In this document: in pieces, positions 45,857-54,061 of the stretch
How the letters are laid out: each line of letters starts with the position of its first letter
Numbering within the stretch: the first letter of the stretch is position 1
Assembly: GCA_910588745.1 (NCBI GenBank)
Contig: CAJURK010000003.1
Coordinates: forward strand, 11,660-75,659
Direction: 5' to 3'
DNA: 64,000 nt
DNA from: an uncultured Dorea sp.
GTDB lineage: Bacteria; Bacillota; Clostridia; Lachnospirales; Lachnospiraceae
Position numbers and translations under genes: made by a program
Notes under the pieces: model-generated
Seen by the model: the letters and a program-made list of their open reading frames with translations, nothing else
Told to the model about the DNA's origin: nothing
The model's database searches: none

Positions 45857-47311
45857 CTATCTTTTCAAACGTTTCAAAACCTGTCCTGCAACCTCATTTA
45901 AATATGGGTCTTTGATTAACATCAGTATCACAAAGTATCCCACGGCACATATCATTACCGTTCCTCCCAGAACAACTGCTATACCGTTATAAACCCGGTC
46001 CATCATACTGCGGACTGCAAAAAACCATACACTGGCCGCCAGATAGACCAATCCCCTTGTATAGAGTACACGCGTCGCAAAAAAACGGCTGGAATAGTAT
46101 GTCAGCACCAAAAATACAACGCTTTCTGAAAACAGCGTCGCAACGGACGCCCCCGCTGCTCCAAACCGAGGAATCAGCACCCCGTTGGCAAATAAGTTAA
46201 ACACCGCGCCGCAGACTGTGGAAATCAGAACCTCTTTATCTCTCTTATAAGGAATACAGATCTGGTATGCCAAAATCCGGTTCACCGCGCTAACGACGAC
46301 TTTTGCAGATAATACCTTCGCTGCAAAACTCCCCGCAAGAAACTCTTCACCACTGAACACCAGAATCAAAATGTCGCTGGTACATATCATGCCGATAGCC
46401 ATCGGCATCGAAATCATCAGAAGCATATCCACGGATGTCTTCATAAGTTTTTCATATTCCTTCTTTAAACCATTCCCGATATAGTAAGATACCCGCGGCA
46501 GAATCGTAGACGAAATCGTTCCGATCAGCGTACTGACTACCAGATTAATCTTAACCGCCGCCGTGTATACCCCAGTAACCTGATCTCCCTGCAGAGCGCC
46601 GAGCATCGTTGTATCCATCGTCATATAGATGCTGCTGGCCACGCTTGTCCCGAAAATCAGAAGAATCGGTTTCAAATGTTTCCGGTATTCCAGGAAACTA
46701 TTCTGCCTCCAATTTACAAATCTCCTAGAATGCCACAGATTCAGGGTTGCCGAACCACCAGACGATATTATGGTAAGCGCCGCATACCAATGATAATCCT
46801 CCCTGCTTCTCACCAGCAAAAACAGCATCGCCAGCGAGACAAACTGAAAAAGAACCGCCCTCTTTGTAATATAGGCATATTCTTCCTGAATGATAAAAAG
46901 CCATTCCATCCCAATCGTTGCAAAAACAATGCTGGCGCTGCTGATTATCAAAAGCCTTTTATACCCCCCAAGAATCGGCAGCTGCAGAAAAATAGCCAGC
47001 GCCCCATAAGATATCAGCGTTGTGCATAGATTAATATTTATCATTTCCTTTGCAAACTTACTGAACTTCTCCCTGTCGTCCCGGATCCGCGCCCCTTCCC
47101 TTACCGCATATGTGCTGATTCCCAATGCGGCAAACATAGAAAAATACGATACGATCGAACTGGCATAATTTACCTTCCCAATTCCTGACGCCCCAAGCAC
47201 CCTGGATGCATAAGGGAAGGTAATCAGAGGAAACAGGACGGTCATAAGCGTCTTAATACCGTTCGCAAACAGGTTAGCTCCCATTGATTTCTGCTGTCTA
47301 TTATTATTCAT
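45857..47311 (-). CDS. wzx: Wzx-type polysaccharide flippase (MOP superfamily)
   Basis: 484 aa with about 12-14 hydrophobic segments. N-terminal NLFANGIKTLMTVLFPLITFPYASRVLGASGIGKVNYASSIV is typical of polysaccharide biosynthesis flippases. Confidence 0.8.
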   Translation of the reverse strand: MNNNRQQKSMGANLFANGIKTLMTVLFPLITFPYASRVLGASGIGKVNYASSIVSYFSMFAALGISTYAVREGARIRDDREKFSKFAKEMININLCTTLISYGALAIFLQLPILGGYKRLLIISSASIVFATIGMEWLFIIQEEYAYITKRAVLFQFVSLAMLFLLVRSREDYHWYAALTIISSGGSATLNLWHSRRFVNWRQNSFLEYRKHLKPILLIFGTSVASSIYMTMDTTMLGALQGDQVTGVYTAAVKINLVVSTLIGTISSTILPRVSYYIGNGLKKEYEKLMKTSVDMLLMISMPMAIGMICTSDILILVFSGEEFLAGSFAAKVLSAKVVVSAVNRILAYQICIPYKRDKEVLISTVCGAVFNLFANGVLIPRFGAAGASVATLFSESVVFLVLTYYSSRFFATRVLYTRGLVYLAASVWFFAVRSMMDRVYNGIAVVLGGTVMICAVGYFVILMLIKDPYLNEVAGQVLKRLKR

Positions 47312-47388
47312 ATAACCTCTTTAAAAATATGCGTCTCATACTCCATAATCTGCCATAGACAATTTATGGCAAATAACTACTATCGGCT

Positions 47389-47417
47389 ATTATAGCATTA
47401 TTAGAACCTACATGCAA
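47389..47417 (-). promoter_or_regulatory. Strong sigma-A-type promoter upstream of wzx
   Basis: Minus strand shows TTGCAT (47412-47417), an exact 17 nt spacer, and TATAAT (47389-47394). It lies about 78 nt upstream of the wzx ATG. A 7 bp hairpin, TGCCATA-N7-TATGGCA (47351-47371), lies in the leader. Confidence 0.65.
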
Positions 47418-47480
47418 CTTTTATCCCTTGCAATCTGTCCGTCAATCCTCCTCCCCAGACGCATTATGTTATTTTTTTGC

Positions 47481-47514
47481 ACAAAAAAGGACCTGTCTGA
47501 TAACAAGTCCTTTT
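47481..47514 (-). terminator. Intrinsic terminator after the GH78-ChW gene
   Basis: Minus strand reads AAAAGGAC-14 nt loop-GTCCTTTT followed by TTTTGTGC. Lies 46 nt downstream of the stop at 47560. Confidence 0.65.
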
Positions 47515-47559
47515 AACTTATGAAAACTCAAAACTCTATGATCACTCTTTTCTCTGCGC

Positions 47560-50500
47560 TCACTGCGCCTCTACAAAAGCATTCCCCATATCTTCCGGTC
47601 CGCTTTTTCCTTTTTCTACCAGCACAATTTCAATTGCCTCCAGACGCTTGGCAAGTCCCTCGGTTCCGGCCGATTCACCGTTCACAGCCCAGCCAAGCCA
47701 CCCATAGGTCTGTGCGTGGACACGATAATATATATCGTATTTCTTCTCCATATCGCCCGTCAGACGAATCTGAATCGCTTCCAGTCTCTTAGCCTGGCCG
47801 CTGGTTCCCGACACGGCTCCGTCGCTTCTCCAGTCGTCCTCCCAGCCATAGGTCTGCACATGGGTACGGTACTGAACGCTGCCGGAAATTTCTTCGTCCT
47901 TCTTCTGAATCTGAATGGCTTCCAACCTCTTAGCCTGACCGCTGGTTCCCGATACGGCCCCGTCAAATACATAAGCCTGCCAGCCGTAGCTCTGCACATG
48001 TGTCCGATAGCTAAGCGCTGCTTTTCTAAAGGTATCTCCGGTCTCTCCCGGCGCGGAATTTCCCTTGGGAACCAATTTGATCTGAATCGCTTCCAGACGC
48101 TTCGCATATCCTTCGCTTCCGGATGAAGCCCCGTTCTTTGCCCATCCAAGCCAGCCAAATGTCTGTACATGAACACGGTAATAGACGTCATACTCCTGTT
48201 CCAACTCGCCGGTCAGCTTAATCTGGATTGCTTCCAGACGCTTGGCCTCCCCGCTGGTTCCCGCCATAGCGCCGTCAGACTTCCATCCCTGCCAACCGTA
48301 GCTCTGTACATGAGTACGGTAAGTAATTCCTCCTGAAACACCGGTATTCTTTACGGATATCTGAATGGCTTCCAGGCGCTTGCCCTCTCCGCTGGTTCCT
48401 GAAATTTCGCCGTCTCCCTTCTCGCCCTGCCAGCCGTAAGTCTGCACGTGGGTTCTGTATGACAGCATCTTCTCGTTTGATTTATAAGGAATAGCCATGC
48501 TTCCAGGCGCCTCTTCTCCTTTTTTCACCAGCTTAACCTGGATCATCCGAAGCTCTTTCGCATATCCGGAAGTTCCGGCCGCCTCGCCGTTTTCCGCCCA
48601 GTCCATCCATCCGATTCCGTCAACATACGCGCGATAATATACGTTATACGCATGTTTCAGCTCTCCGGTCAGCCGAACCTTAAATGCCTCCGTACGCTTC
48701 CCGGCGCCCGGCATCCCGGCGGTTCCGTTCACGCCGCTCCAGTCCTGCCAGCCATAACTCTGCATATAGACGGCATATTCAATACTGCCCGCGGTTCTTT
48801 GATTTCTCAATCCGATTTTGATAGCTTCTACCCGATTTCCCGTGGCTCGTCCTGAGTCAAACCCATTGGTTACTTCTCCGGACCATCCGCCATTTGCAAA
48901 GGTACTATATACAGCGTCTTCTTTCAGCCATTCGGATTCATCCGGAAGTATCCCGTTGTTTGCCGTAAACGTATAGGTTCCTCCTTTTAACCGGCAGGTC
49001 AGATATCCGTTCTCCGTCTCTGTTTTCTGCGCCGCTCCTCCGACCATGATCGTTTTGTTTCCGTTCTTCACCGGCAGACACAGTTCCGCCTCTGAATTAG
49101 AGGGAACGGTAATAGTTCCTGAAATACTTCCGTTTCCGTCCAGCGAATAAGCCGCTTCAATATTCCCCTTCATCGTGGGAACCTTGATCGAGGCGGTTTT
49201 CACACCTCCCGGCTGCAGTTTCACCTGAAAAGTATCAAACCCGGCGCTGGTAGGCTGTATACCAAACATTCCCCGAACCAACATACTTCCCGGAGACGAC
49301 CCCCATGGGTGGCAAAAGCTCATATTGGCTTTCAGCGCGCTGCTCCACGCCTCTGTTGTAACGGTTGCCCCAAGCCCGTACATCATATATCCCCAGCTAC
49401 GAACTCCCAGCAGCTTCTCCGGATTACTCATAATCTTCCTTGCAAGATCTCCGTGATTGCTCCGATATAATCCCTGCAAAAGAAAATACGCGCTGTACAC
49501 GCTCATCTTAATTTCTTCGTCATCCTCAATCGAAGCATAAATCTTATCCGCCATCGCCTGATTTGTATACACCCCAAATGCCAGGGCGTATGCCGCCCCA
49601 TGCTGCGAGGAATGCATAACAACATTCCCCCGGCTGTCCAGTCCGTCATAAAACTCTCCGCTTTCCGGATTGTAGAGCTTCTCGATCAGATTTTTCTTAA
49701 TGGTATCCGACAAATCTTGGTAACGTCTGCTCTCATCCTCATGCCCCAGCGCTTTAGCTATCTTCGCCATATCTCCATAGCCTCCGACGCATACTGCGTT
49801 GAACACCGTATTATAATATGCGCTGGTCAATTTATATCCGTCCAGCTCTGAAGTAGGCCAGTCCACCATGATCCTCTGACCGGATACGCTTCCGCCCGCA
49901 ACATTCTTCATCAATCCCATAGATGCATCATAATAATTCTCTAGAGATTTATCCTTAAGCAGTTGGTAAGAAACCTCCAGATCCCTGGCGTCTCCGGTAT
50001 ACATATAATTCTCGTATACCAGCATAATATTATAGAGGGAATACTCTGCCGGCCAGGTAGTATGACTTAACAGATATTCTGCTGAAAGCTTTGCGGACGG
50101 CGAAGCTTCCGAAAAGCTGTAGCTTGTCATTGCAGTAATCAAGGCATCCCCCTCATACGGTCTTCTCTCCCTGTTCTGGGTATCTACATAGACGTCCTGG
50201 TTAGTTACTTTGCTCGTATGTTTTACCAGTCCGTATAAATCATTCAACACTTTATTGGATGAATCAAACCCTGACGCATCTTCGTCAAATTCCTGCCGGA
50301 GAGATAAACCTTTTATATTGTCCGCACCCAATCCGAAACTCAATCCGCTAATCATTACATATCGGAATGTTTTCATCCCAATTCCAGAAAGAATCTGGCT
50401 TCCGCTCTTCAAAGACCACCTTTCCTGATAAACATTTCCGGTATTCATTGCATATTTCACATTTCCCGACGCATCTAGCTCTTCCCCATATTCTAACGTA

Positions 50501-51882
50501 ATAGTTCCGCCGCTGCTGTTTGCGTTTAAACGTATGGAGCCGACAATCTCTTTTCCAAAATCAATCAGATACCGTCCGTTTCCCAAAGCCTTCACCGACT
50601 GAGGCGCAACCTCATAACGCTTCATATTATTAATCTGCGCTGGTTTCAGCGACATGCCGTTCAGTCCTCCGCTTCCGGAAGGCGCTCTCCATCCCTCCTC
50701 ATGATATCCTGCAGCTTGCCATCCTTCCGGATACTGGGAGGCATTGACATTATCTTTCCTTGCAGTATAATAAGTCGTCCCAATTGAATCCTTATCTGAA
50801 CCTATATAAATACCCTCTGCATTCAGGACTTTCCATGCGGCGCTGTCACGCCCACTGTTGGTTACAATCTCCTGTCTGCCGTCTAAATAATAATATGTAA
50901 GCTGGCATAAAAACGCCTGTCCTGCTTCTGCATAATTCACTGCCCCTATGACGTTTTCCCCATCTTTTAATAAATCGGAGATATCATAAGTATTGTAATA
51001 CAGCGTTCCTCCGTCCTGCCGCGGCGGACCTGCCCCTACTTCTTTCCCATTCACATATAAGTTATATACATACTGACATGTCTGCTCCGTTGACGCAGCG
51101 GTAATGCTCAGCACTGCTTTTTCTACATCGGAAGGCTTCTGAACCTGATGTCTAAGCATCACCACTTTTTGCCCTGGAGTTCCCCATATTCCAGAAGTAC
51201 TCGCCCATTTTCCTCCTACGGCTGTGGTAAATGCCTGCGGCTCAGAGAGAGAACTTTCTTTCCCCTGTCCGTTCCTAATCTGAACCTGCCAATAGTACAG
51301 TTCATTGTCCTCCAGGACAGACGATAGATCATGCAAAACAGATGTGTTATCTGCGCTCTGTATCCACTGAGTATCGTGCAGATAATTTCCCTTTCCCACA
51401 TCCTCCAAGCGTTTGGACAGAACGATACGGTAAGCGCTCTGAGTCTGCATATCATTTACCGATGCGTCCATCCACGAAAAGGACAACTTCTCTTTTGTCA
51501 CGCCATAAGGCTTTGACAGCAGGTTAATCTTCATCCCATAAGGAGCGTCATCCCCGGCTCTTCCAAATACTAATTCTTCCAGACCGGTATCCTCCGTGAG
51601 TTCCTCCTCGCGTATCACCGTATCTTCCGATTCAGAATCCTCTTCTGGTTCTGAGCCTCCCTCCCCGAAGTCTTCCGGTATCTCTTCGTCTGGACTGTAC
51701 GTATCTTCGGAAGCGCCAGATTCCTCTCCCGGTTCTCCCGTATCGTCCCCGGTTTCCTCCCCTGGTTCATCCTGAGAAGGTTCCGCTGGCAGTTCTTCTG
51801 CTGAAACATATTTTCCATCCAGCAATGTCGCGCAGATAACAGCTATGATTAATAAAACGACTCTAATTCTCTTAATTCCCAA
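47560..51882 (-). CDS. Secreted alpha-L-rhamnosidase (GH78-like) with C-terminal ChW repeats
   Basis: 1440 aa, TTG start. Signal peptide IRVVLLIIAVICATLL...SAEE, then an acidic linker. GH78-like blocks: FSWMDAS...QSAYRIVL, ELYYWQVQIRNGQGKES...AFTT, DTQNRERRPYEGDA, FCHPWGSSPGSMLVRGMFGIQPTSAGFDTFQVKLQPGG. About 8 ChW repeats occupy the last roughly 470 aa. Confidence 0.75.
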   Translation of the reverse strand: MGIKRIRVVLLIIAVICATLLDGKYVSAEELPAEPSQDEPGEETGDDTGEPGEESGASEDTYSPDEEIPEDFGEGGSEPEEDSESEDTVIREEELTEDTGLEELVFGRAGDDAPYGMKINLLSKPYGVTKEKLSFSWMDASVNDMQTQSAYRIVLSKRLEDVGKGNYLHDTQWIQSADNTSVLHDLSSVLEDNELYYWQVQIRNGQGKESSLSEPQAFTTAVGGKWASTSGIWGTPGQKVVMLRHQVQKPSDVEKAVLSITAASTEQTCQYVYNLYVNGKEVGAGPPRQDGGTLYYNTYDISDLLKDGENVIGAVNYAEAGQAFLCQLTYYYLDGRQEIVTNSGRDSAAWKVLNAEGIYIGSDKDSIGTTYYTARKDNVNASQYPEGWQAAGYHEEGWRAPSGSGGLNGMSLKPAQINNMKRYEVAPQSVKALGNGRYLIDFGKEIVGSIRLNANSSGGTITLEYGEELDASGNVKYAMNTGNVYQERWSLKSGSQILSGIGMKTFRYVMISGLSFGLGADNIKGLSLRQEFDEDASGFDSSNKVLNDLYGLVKHTSKVTNQDVYVDTQNRERRPYEGDALITAMTSYSFSEASPSAKLSAEYLLSHTTWPAEYSLYNIMLVYENYMYTGDARDLEVSYQLLKDKSLENYYDASMGLMKNVAGGSVSGQRIMVDWPTSELDGYKLTSAYYNTVFNAVCVGGYGDMAKIAKALGHEDESRRYQDLSDTIKKNLIEKLYNPESGEFYDGLDSRGNVVMHSSQHGAAYALAFGVYTNQAMADKIYASIEDDEEIKMSVYSAYFLLQGLYRSNHGDLARKIMSNPEKLLGVRSWGYMMYGLGATVTTEAWSSALKANMSFCHPWGSSPGSMLVRGMFGIQPTSAGFDTFQVKLQPGGVKTASIKVPTMKGNIEAAYSLDGNGSISGTITVPSNSEAELCLPVKNGNKTIMVGGAAQKTETENGYLTCRLKGGTYTFTANNGILPDESEWLKEDAVYSTFANGGWSGEVTNGFDSGRATGNRVEAIKIGLRNQRTAGSIEYAVYMQSYGWQDWSGVNGTAGMPGAGKRTEAFKVRLTGELKHAYNVYYRAYVDGIGWMDWAENGEAAGTSGYAKELRMIQVKLVKKGEEAPGSMAIPYKSNEKMLSYRTHVQTYGWQGEKGDGEISGTSGEGKRLEAIQISVKNTGVSGGITYRTHVQSYGWQGWKSDGAMAGTSGEAKRLEAIQIKLTGELEQEYDVYYRVHVQTFGWLGWAKNGASSGSEGYAKRLEAIQIKLVPKGNSAPGETGDTFRKAALSYRTHVQSYGWQAYVFDGAVSGTSGQAKRLEAIQIQKKDEEISGSVQYRTHVQTYGWEDDWRSDGAVSGTSGQAKRLEAIQIRLTGDMEKKYDIYYRVHAQTYGWLGWAVNGESAGTEGLAKRLEAIEIVLVEKGKSGPEDMGNAFVEAQ

Positions 51883-51969
51883 TTTTCTCCGTCCTTACAC
51901 AAGTTTTTAATTTCATCTGAAATAAAATGTTTTAATTCCGTGTTTATTATACACTACCTCTTCGTTTTT

Positions 51970-51998
51970 GAAAAGCATGATACGCTGGAAGTATCAGC
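51970..51998 (-). terminator. Candidate terminator after the LtaS-like gene
   Basis: Minus strand reads GCTGATAC-TTCCAGC-GTATCATGC (8 bp stem with one bulge) followed by TTTTCAAAAAC. Begins 9 nt after the stop. Confidence 0.45.
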
Positions 51999-52006
51999 CA
52001 TCTGCC

Positions 52007-53851
52007 TTATTTCACAATCCCTATTGTTTTTCCTACAAAGTACTGTTCTCCGTCTTCATCTACTACATAAGCATGAATCTGGTACTCCCCCTCTTTATAT
52101 CCAAAATTCGGAACGCTAATTTCCGCGCAGTAACGCTCGTCTTCCTGCCCCATACTGCTCATTTGGATCCACTGCATGTCGCTCTGGTCTTCTTTGGTCC
52201 ACACTGCCAGCAGCATAGAATTGATCCTCTTATCTAGATTCTTAAAATTGTGGACTTCCACCGCCATAATACCCGTACTGTAATCATACGTCCCTGCCGT
52301 CACTGCCGCTGTCACCAGTTTCCCAGCGTCATTAAGCATTGCGTCTTCCTCAAGTTCTAGGCTCGCCATATCCTCCAGGAATCGTGATCTTTTCCCTAAT
52401 TCTTCCTGTTCATTCTCCAGCCCAATTTCTTCTGCCAGGGTCGGCCTTCCGGAAAACAGATTCGTTCCCAGCCCCAGTCTGTCCCCTTCAATCCTTACTC
52501 CCATAGCTGCAAGAGTCGTCGGGAAATTATCAAATGTTGTATAAACTCTTTTCTTGTCACTCTTACATTCAGCCGCAGAATTGATATATGCCGCATACGT
52601 TTTTCTCTGGTATTCCTTATCAATATCCTCGCAGAAATCCTTGTCCATAGTAGGATGGTCGCCGCAAATTACTACCGTTGTGTTTTCATAGAAATCCTGC
52701 CTCTTTATCCAATCTAAAAATTTTGTAACCTGGGCGCTGGAACATGCCATGACATTTGCATACTGGTCATTCTCATATATATCCGGGCAAATATCACATA
52801 CATAACCATCCTCAAAATGCGTATCTACAGTCAGCATTGTAAAATTAAAAGGCTCCTCTTTACCTGCCAATTCAAGAAGCTTTCGTTTAGCAAACTCAAA
52901 CAGTTTCTTATCTTCATACCCCCACCATACTCGGTATTCCTCCGGTATCCACTCCTCCTCTGCCGCACGAACATAATCTATTATTTCATAATTCCCATGC
53001 TCCGTAAAATACAAACGTCTTCCCCCAAAAGTCGCATCTGAACCGACAAGCAACGTCTGCGAATATCCTGCCTGCCGCAGGATATCGCCAATCGTAATTG
53101 CCCCTGGAAAAAATGTTTCCTGCATATTCATATTATTCCCATCTACCGCTATATTTAAAGGAAGCCCTGCCGTCTGTCCAAACATCGCTCCCATTGTCCA
53201 GGTCGTCCCTACCAGTGAATATCCGCCATTCAGTTCTATGCCGTTCCCTGAAAAATCTTCGTTTTCCTGAGCGATTCTTGTCAGCTCTGGAATCACATTT
53301 TCATCGAAAGCGCCTCCGTTCTCACTATCCGCATAAGTCGTTTCCATAGATTCAAGGAATATGTATATCAGATTTCTTTTCTTCTCCGGAAAAGTAAGGG
53401 AAACATCCGCCGGACTAACATAATAGTCTTCTACAAAAGTCGAGTCAATGCCCTGGGATTTTACATAATTCCCTGCATCCAGCTCATTCCATGCCGTCCT
53501 GACATTTGAATAGGACGCGGTGACTGAAACTGCAATTCCAGCCGCCATCACAATATAATATCTCTTCTTCCCCCTCAGTCCCCAGAACACAAACATACAT
53601 GCCAGAAACAATACGATTGCGGGCGCTACGCATGTCCCCAGATATTCCATAATCATATCCGTACTGGTTCCGTCCAGCGAAGTAGAGAGATGATACACCA
53701 ATTCATCCATAGACAGATTGCTCCATGTATCAAACATCCACTGAATACTAAAATACAGCGCCGCTGCGCCAAACATCAGACACAGCGTCGCAGCTGTTCC
53801 TATGATTGTTAATACTTTCCCAACTACTTTCATTACTTTCTTGATTCTCAT
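52007..53851 (-). CDS. LtaS/MdoB-family (sulfatase-fold) phosphoglycerol transferase-like membrane protein with a C-terminal Bsp-like repeat
   Basis: 614 aa with N-terminal helices. Sulfatase-fold blocks are LIYIFLESMETTY, TWTMGAMFGQTAGLPL and VVICGDHP. The C-terminal LLAVWTKEDQSDMQWIQM...GEYQIHAYVVDEDGEQYFVG resembles the GBS Bsp-like repeat. Confidence 0.7.
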   Translation of the reverse strand: MRIKKVMKVVGKVLTIIGTAATLCLMFGAAALYFSIQWMFDTWSNLSMDELVYHLSTSLDGTSTDMIMEYLGTCVAPAIVLFLACMFVFWGLRGKKRYYIVMAAGIAVSVTASYSNVRTAWNELDAGNYVKSQGIDSTFVEDYYVSPADVSLTFPEKKRNLIYIFLESMETTYADSENGGAFDENVIPELTRIAQENEDFSGNGIELNGGYSLVGTTWTMGAMFGQTAGLPLNIAVDGNNMNMQETFFPGAITIGDILRQAGYSQTLLVGSDATFGGRRLYFTEHGNYEIIDYVRAAEEEWIPEEYRVWWGYEDKKLFEFAKRKLLELAGKEEPFNFTMLTVDTHFEDGYVCDICPDIYENDQYANVMACSSAQVTKFLDWIKRQDFYENTTVVICGDHPTMDKDFCEDIDKEYQRKTYAAYINSAAECKSDKKRVYTTFDNFPTTLAAMGVRIEGDRLGLGTNLFSGRPTLAEEIGLENEQEELGKRSRFLEDMASLELEEDAMLNDAGKLVTAAVTAGTYDYSTGIMAVEVHNFKNLDKRINSMLLAVWTKEDQSDMQWIQMSSMGQEDERYCAEISVPNFGYKEGEYQIHAYVVDEDGEQYFVGKTIGIVK

Positions 53852-54061
53852 ACCGTTATTTCCATTCTTGATTCATTGTCTATGTCACTTCTGTTCCTGC
53901 CCTAACCTTTCAGCATTGCTGATAATAAAAATCTTCTTTCATCTGCGCTGCATGTAATTAAATGCGGAATTCCGGAAAAAGCTATGACGCCCGATCCGGA
54001 TGTACAACACAAGAACCTTGACAGAAATTATTCTGCCAGGGTTCCTATGCCGTCTGTATCT

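Noticed and set aside
47560-49000. Periodic DNA similarity in the ChW regions (also 9560-11400, 54500-55950, 59500-60800, 61245-62650), considered as a possible CRISPR array or non-coding tandem repeat
   Set aside because: The periodicity corresponds to in-frame protein repeats of roughly 45-90 aa with diverged DNA. There are no short identical direct repeats, no unique spacers, and no cas genes.
54021-54050. Imperfect 13 bp hairpin (AACCCTGGCAGAA-TAAT-TTCTGTCAAGGTT on the minus strand) after the L,D-transpeptidase gene, and the CCGGAATTCCGG palindrome further along the 210 nt gap (53852-54061)
   Set aside because: The hairpin has a mismatch and a wobble pair and is not followed by a U tract. 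The palindrome has a 4 bp effective stem. This is insufficient for a terminator call.
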